A stretch of DNA of 64,000 bases from Azolla caroliniana (lineage: Eukaryota > Plantae > Polypodiophyta), in NCBI GenBank assembly GCA_043228905.1, contig JBHGNT010000005.1, positions 10,354,001 through 10,418,000 on the forward strand. Reading direction: 5' to 3'. Position 1 is the first letter of the stretch. Each line of letters starts with the position of its first letter. A program made the translations under genes and the position numbers. Under the pieces are notes generated by a model, which searched no databases, was not told where the DNA came from, and saw only the letters and a list, made by a program, of their open reading frames with translations. Positions 24,842 through 38,125 of this stretch are shown in pieces.

Positions 24842-27800
24842 CCCTTTGGTGAAGTGTCTTCCGGAGACACCCTGTGTTAGGCCATTGTCTGGCCCTAAGG
24901 ATTAACGATTATTCTTGATTGGGCAAAAACAAATGAGATGGGTGGATGCACCACAATATAAACATAGTCCGTTGGTTCGGCGATACCTCCATTCACCCTC
25001 GGTGAGTGGCGGGGCGCGAGCTCGATCAATTTCCATCAGCACGGGGTCATCGTACAATGACGATTGAGAAGATCTCGAAGAGGGTTTCCACCTTGAAGTT
25101 GCTCGTTCCTCTTGACGAAGCTCAAACAACCGATTGTCACAACTAACTGCTTGCGACAATGACGTAGGCTCCGGAAAGTTGAGTAGTAAATTTTTAATCT
25201 TGCTTCGAAGGCCCCGACGAAAATGGTTGTAGAGAGCTTGGCCATCCGATTGAACATCACGTGCTAATTGTCTAAATTCAGAGGCATAAACGGATACTGA
25301 ATGCTTACCTTGATGTAATGAATAGAGTTTGGTGATGGCAGTTCGGCGTCGGTCCGTATCCCCAAATGTTGCCTCAAACTTTGCCAGAAAGGTAGGAAAA
25401 TTTTGTAGAAGTGGTGATGAAGTTTCGACCAACGGTGCAAACCAGGCTTGTGCAGCTCTGGACAGAAGGGTCCCGATGAGACCAACTTGACGAAAACCAT
25501 CCGTATACCGTTGAGGCTGTAGTTGGATAATAAGCTTGATCTGATTTATGAACCCTCAGAAATGCTTCCTCATGCCATCGAACTTGTCAGGTAAACTAAT
25601 ATTGGGCTCCAAACTTGTAGTGGATGGGAAGGAGTCGGAGAAAGCATAGATGAGGAACCAGGCTCTATAGGTAGAACATTTGTTGATGTAGGAGGGAAGT
25701 TGTTTTTTTCTTCGAGTTCCATCGGTGTTCCAACTTGAAGCTTTCGTAACGATTCTCGAAGGTTTTCATTCTCAAGTTGAAGTTGATGCATGGTTTCCAT
25801 GAGGTGATTTATTCTCTCGGTAAGATCCGACATGTTGAGGCTTAGAAAATGGGAAGGTGAACAAACTGTCCCGAACGGGTGGAATGAGGCTAAGTACTAA
25901 GAGAGAGCGAGAGCATAAGCAAGATCACAAGATTGTCAAGGACAAGTAGACGAGGCTCAATATTAAGAGATAGCGGGAGATAGAGCATAGACAAGAGAAC
26001 AAGCAAGAGAGAGGATAGACAAATAAACAAGAACTGTATATCCTTTCACAATTGGTGTTGTTCACCTTGATTGTAATCAAGGTGCACCCCAGTATTTATA
26101 CAAGAATGTGGAGGTATGCATGAAAGCTAGAAGGCTTCTAGAGAGTACATGGAAACTTCTAGAGAGTGCATGAAGATGCATTTTCTAGAAGGTTCTTGAA
26201 AGTTCTAGTGATCAATCTATAATGAAATAAGTTGAGTCTTACACAATACAATAATGCATAGATGGATGTAGCTCAATTGGTAAGGTTACCCAATAAGACT
26301 AGAAGGTCATGGATTCAACCCACACCATTCCATGTGGCATCCTGTTTGTGACAATATGAAGATACAAGAGCTGATGATGAAAATGTTGTTCTTGCCTACG
26401 TGGGAAGAAGTGGAGCAGTTGTGGCCAAAAACATCATCGTACCAGGCTCTTGAAGAATTTTTCATTGTATTTAGAGAATGTGTAAGTGTGTTGATATTAC
26501 GATAATGTGCATTTTCTTATAAATCTTATAATTGTAGAAACCACCTCGCTAAAAATTAGTGGGTGATAGTAATGAAGGCATTCCAAGTGCATTCATCACC
26601 CATTTGGAATAAGCCAAGTAAGAAAAGCGAATGACGAAAGAAAAAGAGCTAGAGGTGTTCGAAGACTCGGATACAATAAGTTTTTTGCAGAAGGCTGATC
26701 CTTTCCGACAATTGTATTATAGTGTAACGAATGAGAGGCGTAGATGGTGCTATGTAGTGGAAGTGAGCTTTGTGTGTGCACGTGATGCAACACATAGAGA
26801 GAGAGAGATAGAGAGAGAGAGAGCTCTAAACAAGAAAACTATATATTACCTCCAACAGTTACTCAGTTACAAAAGGTTGGTTTAAATACCAACTAGTCTA
26901 GGGCAAATGCCCTTTCTACTAATTACAAATCCATCCTAGTAAGTTGTCTACTAACTAGTGTGAACACTGTCCCTATGGGACGTTGAGTTCAATTCTCAAC
27001 ATGCCCCTTCGAACACAACTTCCGGACGCCAAAAAGTTGTTTCGATTCAACCTTCGAAAACTTTGATTCGGTTGAATCGGCTTTCTGTTTTTCGCCCGAA
27101 TATTCGAATAGGTTTTTGGCCCTATTGTCTGGTGGTCGGCCATTACTGATATTTTTCAGTATTTTCGCTACTCCCCCTCAAGCTGGGCAATGTAGATGAC
27201 GTGAGACCAACGTCCGTCGTAAATTGTCTGAGTTTGTTGACTCCTAAGGCCTTAGTGAAGATGTCAGCAACCTGTAGATTCGTGCGGATGTGTTGTAAAT
27301 TGACATCTCCAGCTTGAACGCACTCACGGATGAAGTGGTAGTGCACTTCGATATGTTTTTTGCGCGCATGGAACACCGGGTTCTGAGCCAAGTGGCTGTT
27401 GCTCATGTTGTCACAGTACAAGCGGACCGAATTTGTGATGGGAGCACCTAGATCCTTCAAAATGCGTTTGAGCCAAACGGCCTCACATGCGGCGACTGTT
27501 GCGCCCTTGTATTCGGCCTTTGTACTCGACAATGAACCTGTTGGCTGCTTCTTGCTACTCCAGGAGATTGCTCCGCTGTGGAAGGAGAAAATGAGTCCAG
27601 AGGTTGACCGTCTATCAGCCTTATAGCCTGCCAAGTCCGTTCCGTGTCTATGTATTGTTCGAGTTAAATAAGCACATTCGACTTATACATGATGTCGTAA
27701 TCCATCATGGTACTGACATACTGAAGTATCCTCTTAGCGCAATCGAGATGATCATTTCGTGGGGTTCTACATGAATTGGCTAAGTTCGGGTCATGTGATG

Positions 27801-30800
27801 GTTAAATAGATTGGCCAACTGACCTAGTATCGATAGTTGAGGCCGTTAGTATGGTATTCCTCATAAGGAATAATTTTAGGAGTTCGTGTAGTAAGCTCAT
27901 TTATGAGCAGTCAAGTACTATCAATACTTGTGATAGCTCGATTGGCAGGGCTTGTATATAAGGTGCTCACTGAGCACGAAGTATGTACAAAACAGAGCAT
28001 CACATTTTGAAATTGAACTGAGTTGTCTGCTCTCTCTCTGTCTCTCCCTCTCCATCTCCATCTCTGCATTTTTTGTGTTTTACCGAACTGTCTTATTCCT
28101 CCGAACTATGTACTCTGTGTTTACGCGTACGCTTCCACACAACATATTCTTTTCCATGGTATCAGAGCGCGAGGGTTGAAGTCCTCTGCAGTCGACAAGA
28201 AAAGCTTGCGACAAAACAGAGTTGAAGTTGTTCTTCAGTTTTTGAAAAAGAAGAAGACAATAATATGGACAGAGGTATGGGAAGCTCGCTACCGACTGAA
28301 AAGCTCGACAGGAGCAACTACGCATCTTGGTCGTACAAGATGCACTAGTACCTGCTCGGCCATGGCTACTGGAGTTGTGTCGAAGGAGCAAACGATGTGG
28401 CACCTGACTCGACACATAGGGACTATCCGGTTTGGGAACAAGCGACAAGTAGAGTGCTGTACTGCTTTGTGTCTTGTGTGAGCGATCGGCTTTTGAGTTA
28501 TATTCGGGATGCGAAGACGCCGAAGGACACGAGGGCGAATCTCAAAAGGATTTTCGCCGCCAACACAACGGCCAGAAAGGTGCAGCTCAAACAGGAGCTC
28601 AGCCATGTACGACAAAGAGATATGTCGGTGGTTGATTACACCAAGATCAAAGAAATCTGCGACTCTCTTGCCCCTGTTAACGTGAACGTCAAGGAAGATG
28701 AAATGGTGTAGGTTTGTCTTGGTGGCTTGGCGTCAAAGTTTGGACCTTTCCGAACGGCAGTCTGCACGAGGGACATTACGCCTTCGTTTTTCGAGCTTCA
28801 GTCAATGTTGCTCGTAGAAGAAAACCACGCGGGTGCGTCGACGAGTGCGCACACCGATGGGAAGATGCTTTACATGGAGGATGATAGGCCCCGTGGTCGT
28901 GGTGGACAAGGCAGATCGGTGCGTAGTGGAGGCGGCCGAAAAGAGCAAAATGTATGTCATAATCGAGATGCCGGAAGCAATTCCAAACCCTCCGCAAGCA
29001 GGGGGAGTCATGGCGGCGCCGGAAGACGGCAAGAGAAAACTGTGCTGGATTGCTGGTACTGTGGCAAGAAAGGCCACAAGGAGAGCGAGTGATGGAAAAA
29101 GACAGTCGATTCAGACAAAGCCGGATCGAGCTGAAGAGACACAGAGAGGTGTCAGAACGTAGAAGGCTCTGAACGAGCTAGAAACAAATTGGGCCCAACC
29201 CTCGTAATGAAGCATAATGCCAATTCTATGGCCGTGAACACCTCGAAATCAAGCAAGGTGTGGTATGTTGATTTCGGAGCGTCAAATCATATGATGAGTC
29301 ACGAGGAATGGTGAACTCATACTTGGAGAAATTGGAGTCACAAGGAGTGGTCGAAACGGGAGACGACATTCCGCATACCATCGAACATGTCGGCGAAGTT
29401 CCCCTCAACCATGTTGGGTAGAAAGGGAAACTCATGAACATATTGCACGTCCCGACAATAACCAAGAAACTTGTGTCGGTCGGACAGATCGTCGACCAAG
29501 GTATGCAAGTTTGATTCACGCATCTCGGCTGCTTTATAGAAGAGGAAGGCAAAGTAATCGCGCAAGGGCGCCGTGAAGGGAGGATGTTTATCCTCGACAC
29601 TCATCAAGCCGGAACCGCATTGTACGTGAAAGGACAAAAGGTCGAATCAGATATCGACTTGTGGCACAAGTGGTTCGGCCACGTAAATTTCCCATGGCTT
29701 CATGAAATGCAAACGACAAACATTGTTTTCGGGTTGCCGAAATTTCGTGGCCGGAGTGGCCGAGTCTACGAAGCCTATCAGATGGGAAAACAACACCGAC
29801 TTCCATTCCCCAATGAGCGTAATCGTAGTTGAAGTCCGCTGGATTTGATCCATTCGGATGTGTGGGGTTCGGCACAAAACGTGAGTCTTGGTGGAAGACG
29901 TTACTTTGTAACCTTCTTCGATGACTTCACTCAACACGCGTGGGTATGCACAATCGTGAAGAAGAGTGAAGTCTTCGCATGTTTCTTGAAGGTGAAGAGC
30001 CTTGCGGAAAGGGAAACAAGGCGTAAGATCAAATGCCTACGGTCCGATGGTGGGAAGGAGTACTTCTCCGACCAGTTCACAAGTTATCTACAAAAGGAGG
30101 GAATTCAATGCAAATTCTCGTGTAGATATACGCCGGAGCAGAATGGTGTAGCCGAGCGGAAGAATCGGATGATTGAAGAAGTGGCCAGGGCAATGCTTGA
30201 AGAGAAGCATATGCCAAAATTCTATTGGGCTGAAGCCGTGAAGACGGCTGTCTACCTGTAGAATCAGACTTCTGCTAATGGAGGAGTGTCACCACATGAG
30301 CTGTATTTCAGGAAGAAGCCGAACTTGGCACACTTGAGGATTTTCGGCAGCATCACGTATGTGCACGTTCCGAAGGAGAAAAGGAGGAAACTAGATACTA
30401 AAGCTGAGAAATGTATCTTGGTCGACTTCTTCAGATGAGCAGAAAGGGTATAAGTGTTATAACCCCCCAACAAACAAAGTACGCGTAAGTCGAGACGTTG
30501 TGTTCGACGAGTCCGCTTCATAGTAACTACCTTCACCTCCAGTACCCCACAACTCCATTTCGAATTCTGAGGAAGAAGTCAGCGAGGCTGAAATGCCTTT
30601 GCATGATGTGGACGTCGGAGCTTTGAGAGAGAGTACGATCTCATTTCGGCTAAGCGGGCCGAATGAGGGGTTGAGCCGAGATGGCCAACCAGATGATGAG
30701 ACGACGAGTAGTAGAGACTTGGCCGTGCATTCCCCGCATAGGAAGCCGAGGAGACGGCTTACGCGCAAGGAAAAAGGCAAGAAGAAAATGCCGGAATACG

Positions 30801-30981
30801 ACTTCGGCAGCGCCGAGTCAGATCAGAGCGAGTCTGACTACGGTCAAACTGAAAAGGAACCTCCACGGAAGAGGTCGATAGTAACCGAAAAGGTTGTGAA
30901 ATCGGATAATCACGAATTACGCCGATCTACCCGCCTCAAGAACCCTGTAAAGATATATGGGTATAATGAGTACATGGCGCA

Positions 30982-31285
30982 TGTTGATGGGTGGGGGGTG
31001 AAACCTAGAATGGCTAGAGAGAAAGACAAATAGGAAATGACACCAAATGAGAGGGGAAAAAACTATATCTCATTACATGCCCCATAAGGGGTTTATATAA
31101 TACATAATGTAACGGTAAATAATATGCCCGTTACAAAAAGAGACCGTTACATTCTTGTCACATGCACATAATTGTGCATGTGCTCACACATACTCATTCT
31201 TACACTCCTATACATTACACATACCGAACAACCCCTTTAACGTGTTTTACCCTTATACCGCCCCGTACAACTCCTATGGGTAACC
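30982..31285. mobile_element. 304-bp solo-LTR-like insertion in copia D
   Basis: Starts TGTTG and ends GTAAC(C). TSD gcgca/gtgca. Removal restores the host YMAHHY motif. Confidence 0.7.
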
Positions 31286-33003
31286 GTGCACCATTACACG
31301 TACAGGACGTGAGTGGCGGAAGTGCGTGAGCTGGAGAGCTACGCAGAAGCGGCGGGAGACGCGAACTGGCGTGCCGCAATGGAGGAAGAGATGCGCGCAT
31401 TATCGGAGAATGAAACCTGGGACCTAGTTGATGCACCAAAGGGTGTAAAGCCGATCAGATGCAGATGGGTGTATAAGGTGAAATACAACACCGATGTCTC
31501 CATCAACTGCTACAAGGCCCGTTTAGTAGCTAAAGGCTACGCGCAGAAGCATGGCGTGGACTATGATGAGACCTTCATGCCTGTCGCGAAGATGACTACC
31601 ATGCGAGTCCTATTAGCCATAGCCGCGGCAAAGGGGTGGCACTTACATCAGATGGATGTAAAGAATGCATTCCTACAAGGTGATCTTGAGGAGCAGGTGT
31701 ACATGGTACAACCCCCCGGATTTCTATTTGAACAAAATACTTCGGCAATTTGCCGATTGAAGAAGTCACTCTACGGACTTAAGCAAGCCCTCTGAGCTTG
31801 GAACGCAAAGATTACGCAACAGTTGCGTAGGATGGGGTTTGCGCCTTCGAAATCAGACTCTTCTCTATTTGTTCGGGAAGGACAATATGGACTGTTCAGC
31901 CTGCTCTTGTACGTTGATGATTTAGTCATCGCTGGTGCTGACCTTGACGAAATCCTCCGTGTGAAGTCTCAGCTTGCGGTATCGTTTGAAATGAAGGATC
32001 TCGGAGACCTTCATTACTTCCTCGGGATCGAAGTGATCCGTACCCCTGAAGGCATATTGCTCAACTAGCGTCATTACGCGCTGAATATGCTCTTCAAGTT
32101 GGGGATGGCAAACTGTAAGCCCATCTCGACCCCTCTGGATAGAAACGTGAAGCTTCACCTAGATTCGGGCAAGGCGTGCGACCCGACACGGTTTCGACAG
32201 ATTGTCGGAAGCCTCATCTATTTGACGATTACTTGGCCAGAACTAAGCTACCCGGTCGGCTTAATCAGTCAATTTATGTCGCAGCCTACGACCGACCACT
32301 TTCAGTGCACACAACGGATATTGCGTTATGTCAGCGGCGCGAAAGACATGGCGCTGCTGTATCGGGCAAGCGTAGCCGAACAATTAGTCTGCCTATAGGG
32401 CTGGAAACGCCCACGATCGTCGATCCACATCTGGATACACGTTTTCATTGGGAAGTGCGGCAATCACGTGGAGCAGTAAGAAGCAGCCGACAATAGCACT
32501 GTCGAGCACGGAGGCCGAGTATCGAGGTGCGACTGTCGCTACGTGCGAAGTCATTTGGCTAAAACGGCTATTACGGGATCTGCCGACGACGATTTATTGC
32601 GACAACCTCAGCAGTATCCACCTTGCGAAAAACCCCGTGTTCCACGTTCGGACCAAGCACATTGAGGTGCATTACCATTTTGTCCGCGAGCGGGTCCTTT
32701 CAGGTGAAGTTGAACTAGCGTTTGTTCCGACGGATCGACATGTTGAGCACAGTGCTCGGCCACAACCGAGGAATATGATTAACTCACAGAAAACAGGAAA
32801 TACAAAATGCACGAAGTCAATGGAGAGAAGAGTACACTGGATGTTTTACGTGGAAAACCCTAAATGGGAAAAACCACGGGAGTCCTCATACTCCAACTAT
32901 CACTACCAACACAGATGTACAATGGTGAAGCTACAAGGCAACAACCTTGAGCTCACTGTCTTCGCCACAGGCGGCGGTAATACACAGAGGCAACGACCTC
33001 TTC

Positions 33004-33034
<31 letters not shown>

Positions 33035-33389
33035 CTGCTCTCTTCACTCTCTCTAAGTGAAAACAGAAAAATGAGCAACAACCACAAACTGTTTGCCCTA
33101 AGTCATATTTATACACATATGACTTTCGGACTATTTACACATATAGCCTCAAGGGCCCTTGGCAAACATATTTATAAATATGTCCCAGCATCCGGATCTC
33201 TCTCCGGGTACATTCATCATTCGGCTCCGTAGCCGGGGTCTTCGTCATCCGGCTCCGTAGCCGGGGTCTTCGTCATCCGGCTCCGTAGCCGGGTCTTCGT
33301 CATCCGGCTCCGTAGCCGCAACCAGGCTTGCCGTCATTCATCTCCGGACATCCCATCCGGAGGGACCGAAATCCCAACAAACTCCCGCT

Positions 33390-36300
33390 TCACTTCGGCA
33401 TGGGATGTCTCTCCAATCCGATCCTCTTCCGGCATGCTTCCAGCTTGTCGGGTGTGAGCACCTTGGTCAGCATATCCGACCCGTTCTCGTCCGTGTGGAT
33501 CTTCGTCATCACGAACTCCTTGTCTTCTATCCTTTCCCGGATCCAGTGGTATCTACGCTGGATGTGTTTCGTCCGGGAATGGTAGGCCGCGTTCTTTGCA
33601 AGGTGGATGGCACTCTGACTATCGCAGTAGAGTCGGTACTCCTCCTGCCGGATCCCGAGCTCTCTAATGAAGTCCTTCATCCATATTATTTCCTTGCCGG
33701 CTTCAACAGCAGCCATGTACTCCGCCTCCGTGGTTGACAACGCAACCGTCTTCTGCAGCCTCGACTGCCACGAAACAGCTCCCCCTGCATACGTCATCAC
33801 ATACCCTGATGTGGACCGGCTGGTATCTGCATCAGCCGACATATCCGAATCAGTAAAGCCGTCAAGTTCGGCCTTACCGGAGCCGAATCGGAGGGACACG
33901 TTTGTCGTGCCCTTCAGGTATCGGAGTATCCACTTGACCGCGTTCCAGTGCTCTTTGCCAAGATTGCTCATGTACCGGCTCACCACTCCGACTGCGTATC
34001 CTATGTCCGGTCTTGTACACACCATTGCGTACATCAAGCTTCTGACGGCAGAGGCATATGGTACTTTCATCATGTCCTCTTTCTCAGCCTTTGTCTTGGG
34101 GCTTTGCTTGCTGGACAACTTGCAGTTTGCCGGGAGAGTTGATCCGACCGGTCTTGCTTCCGACATGTTGAACCGATGAAGCACCTTTGTCACGTACTTC
34201 TCCTGTGACAGCCACAACTGCTTCTTCTTCCGGTCTCGGATGATGTGCATCCCTAGTATTTGCCTCGCCGGACCCAGGTCTTTCATTGAGAAGGTTCGGT
34301 GAAGAGCCTTCTTCAGCATTCGTATCTTGACCTGGTCTCGTCCGACGATCAACATGTTGTCCACGTACAGGAGGAGTATTAGAAAGTCTCCTCCTTCGAA
34401 CTTCTTCACAAACACGCAGTGATCGGACTGCGTTTTGTGGTACCCTACGTCTGTCATGAAGGAGTCGAACTTCCGGTACCATTGCCGGGGAGCCTGCTTC
34501 AGACCGTAAAGGCTCTTCTTCAACCGGCATACCAGGTGCTCCTTCCCTTTCTTCTCGAATCCTTCCGGTTGCTGCATGTAGATCTCTTCTTCGAGGTCAC
34601 CGTGAAGGAATGCCGTCTTCACGTCCATCTGTTCTACCTCGAGGTCCATGCTTGCCGCTATGCTCAGCACCGTCCGGATGGAGGTCATCTTCACTACCGG
34701 GGCAAATATCTCGTCGAAGTCGACGCCCTTCTTCTGCTGAAACCCCTTCACCACGATCCTGGCTTTGTATCTCGGGGGGTTTCCGGCATCTCCCGGTTTC
34801 AGCTTGAATACCCACTTGTTACGGAGTGCCCGTTTTCCTTTCGGCAACTCCACAAGTTCATATGTGTGGTTCTCATGCAGGGAATCCATCTCCTCCTGCA
34901 TGGCACTTAACCACCTGTGGCTATGGGTGTCAAGCTTCGCTTCTTCAAAGCTCTCCGGCTCCCCCTCGTCGGTTAGCAGCACGTGCTCTGGTTCCGGAAA
35001 TCTCCGGGGGGCCCTTCTCTCTCTTAGAGGATATCTCCGTTCCGGAGCTTCGGTAACCGGTTCTTCCGATTCTTCTTCATCCGAATCCATTTCGGGGTCG
35101 GGGCCGGTTCCGGTATCAGTTTCATCTTCCTCGGCCGGTTCTGTTTCTTCACCGTCTTCGGCCGGGTCCTCGAGTGCTAACCGGTCCCTTGCCGGTCGGG
35201 ACTGCTCCTCGTAGAGTTGATCCTCACCGGTCGACTTGGAGCTCTTCATCTTCTTCTCCGACTCCCAGTTGGTGAGTGTCTTGTCTTCCATGAAGATGAT
35301 ATCTCGACTCCTAAATATCTTCTTGTCGACCGGGTCCCATACTCGGTAGCCGAACTCGTCGTCGCCGTAGCCGAGGAATATGCATGGCCGGGTCTTTGGA
35401 TCTAACTTTCCTCTCCGGTCCTTTGCCACATGCACGTATGCGAGACACCCGAACACCTTCAGATGCCGGTAGGACACTTCCTTACCGGTCCACACTCTCT
35501 GTGGCGTGTCTCCATCCAGGGGTACTGAGGGTGATCTATTTATCACATATGTCGCCGTCGACATTGCCTCAGCCCAAAATCCCTTGGGTAATTTCGCATG
35601 TGCTAGCATACTCCGGACCCTCTCCATTATGGTCCGGTTCATCCTCTCGGCCAGCCCGTTCAGTTCCGGCGTCTTTGGCACAGTAAACTCGAGCCGGATT
35701 CCCATCGAACGGCAATACTCCTCAAATTGCCCTCGGTATTCTCCTCCGTTATCCGCTCGTATCGCTTTCAGCTTCTTGCCGGATTCTCTTTCCACTCTCG
35801 CGTGAAGTTCTTTGAAGACGGACAATACTTGGTCCTTTGTCTTCAACGGTGCCGTCCACAGCTTCCGGCTGTGGTCATCAATGAATGTCACGAAGTACTG
35901 GGCTCCGCCATGTGACTTCGTTTCTACTTGACACACGTCAGTGTGCACCAACTCCAATGGTGCACAACGTCTCGTCGGTGGCCTTGAGTGGAAGGAGGTC
36001 CGGTTTTGCTTACCGGCCAGACAGTCGGTACACTTCCCCAAGTGTACATGCTTTACCGGTATCAGGTTGTCTTCGGCAAGCCTCTTCATCCCCTTTTCGC
36101 TCATGTGGCACAGTCTCTTGTGCCATAGCTCACCGGCAGTGTCAGCTGCCACGTTCAGCTCCTCCAGACATAGCCGGGAATTCATCAGGTACAGTGTGTT
36201 GATCTTCCGGGCTCGAGCCACTATCAGGCTCCCTTTGCTGAACTTCATGACACCGTTCCGGATGCTACCCGTGTAGCCTTCATCGTCTAGCCTCCCGGCC

Positions 36301-37463
36301 GAAATCAGGTTCAATCGAACCTCCGGAACGTGTCGAACATCCTTCAGCAGCATCTTGCATCCGGTTGATGTCATCAGCCACACGTCTCCTATGCCGGCAA
36401 TCCGGCATGTACCTTCATTTCCCATCCGGACACAGCCGTGCTCACTGGCTGTGTAGGATGAGAAGTACTTCTTCTCCGGGGTCAGGTGGAACGATGCTCC
36501 GGAATCGACCACCTAGGTCATCTCTTCACTGGCAAGGTTCAGCTCCCTCTCTTCGGTAATGAGCATTATCTCTTCTTCACTTGCCGCGAGTGCCGTCATT
36601 CCTTTCCGGTCCTGCCCTCGCCGATCCGGACCTCTCCGGTCCGTGGCTCCCCGGTATGCACCGTTTCGCTCCGGTGACTTCTTCGAATCGGTGTCGTCGG
36701 CTCCGTTGTCTTTTCGGTAATGCCGACAATTCTTCCGGAAGTGCCCCGGCTTCCCACAGTGGAAGCATGTGGGCCTTCCTCTTGACTGCGACCGGGTCCC
36801 CAACTTCTCCCGTCTTTGCGGACTCCGGTTCCGTTGTCTTCCCCGTTCCGATTCGATAAGCAGCGCCTTCGAGTCGGAGGCCGGTTCTTTATCTCTCCGA
36901 CGCGCTTCTTCGTTCAAAATACTTGTCTTTACCGTTTGTAGGGACAGGTTATCTTCGGTGCAGGAGGTGCTGAGAGTCACCACCAAGTTCTCCCAGCTTT
37001 CCGGCAATGTACACATCAGGATGATGGCTTGCATTGCATCCTCCAACGGGAACTTGATCGCCGCAAGCTGGTTCACGAATCCCATGAACGTGCTTACGTG
37101 TTCAACCATACTCTCGCCGTCCCGGTACTTGAGGTTCACTATCTTCCTCATCAGGGAGGTCCGGTTCAACGCATTCTTCCTCTCGTAGAGGCCCGACAGC
37201 TTCCGCCACATCTCGTATGCGTTGGTGTCGTTCGCCACATGTTGTAGAACACTCACGTCGACGTATTGCCGAATGGTTGCAACGGCTTTCCGGTTCAGAA
37301 GCCTCCATTCCGTCTCAAGTACCCCCTTGGGTATTTCCGACCTGTCGATCGGTTCATACAGGTCCCGAACAATGAGCAGATCCTCCATCTTTATCTTCCA
37401 GTCGGCGTAGTTCTGCGCATTCAGCACCATCATCCCCGGCTGCCCGCTGCTGCCGCCTTCCAT
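33390..37463 (-). pseudogene. Gag-pol polyprotein of copia E; nearly intact (one TAG at 36513-36515 and RT motif YVDD>YVDN)
   Basis: ORFs 36513..37517 and 33390..36512 are in one frame. Motifs: CFHCGKPGHFRKNC, (W*)[43 protein letters not shown]. Confidence 0.95.
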
Positions 37464-37964
37464 TTTCTGCACTGCCGTCGCTCTGATACCACTTTGTTGA
37501 GCACAGTGCTCGGCCACAACCGAGGAATATGATTAACTCACAGAAAACAGGAAATACAAAATGCACGAAGTCAATGGAGAGAAGAGTACACTGGATGTTT
37601 TACGTGGAAAACCCTAAATGGGAAAAACCACGGGAGTCCTCATACTCCAACTATCACTACCAACACAGATGTACAATGGTGAAGCTACAAGGCAACAACC
37701 TTGAGCTCACTGTCTTCGCCACAGGCGGCGGTAATACACAGAGGCAACGACCTCTTCGTCTCTCTCTCTCTCTCTCTCTCTCTCGGCTGCTCTCTTCACT
37801 CTCTCTAAGTGAAAACAGAAAAATGAGCAACAACCACAAACTGTTTGCCCTAAGTCATATTTATACACATATGACTTTCGGACTATTTACACATATAGCC
37901 TCAAGGGCCCTTGGCAAACATATTTATAAATATGTCCCAGCATCCGGATCTCTCTCCGGGTACA

Positions 37965-38125
37965 TTCATCATCCGGCTCCGTAGCCGGGGTGTTCGTCAT
38001 CTGGCCCCGTAGCCGGGGTCTTCATCATCCGGCTCCGTAGCCGGGTCTTCCTCATCCGGCTCCGTAGCCGGGTCTTCGTCATCCGGCTCCGTAGCCGGGC
38101 TCTTCGTCATCCGGCTCCGTAGCCG
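37965..38125. repeat. 26-27-bp tandem repeat (CATCCGGCTCCGTAGCCGGGGTCTTCGT) in the LTR of copia E; 6 units here and 4 in the other LTR (33218-33318)
   Basis: Direct count. The 53-bp LTR length difference (692 vs 639 bp) equals two units. Confidence 0.9.

Larger units (their letters stand above)
20371..26353 (-). mobile_element. Full-length decayed Ty3/gypsy chromovirus B2 (Tcn1-like)
   Basis: LTRs 20371-20857 and 25867-26353 (487 bp each). TSD ttatg/atatg. Gag 24902-25833, RT 22808..23803 (YLDD), RNase H, and integrase+chromodomain 20869..22005. Confidence 0.95.

Noticed and set aside
32448-33056. 202-aa ORF as a novel RNase H fusion protein
   Set aside because: It is chance read-through from the copia D RNase H into the LTR of inserted element E. 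The same text recurs at 37529.
33405-37410. Numerous plus-strand and alternative-frame ORFs over copia E
   Set aside because: These are shadow ORFs of a GC-rich coding frame with no independent evidence.
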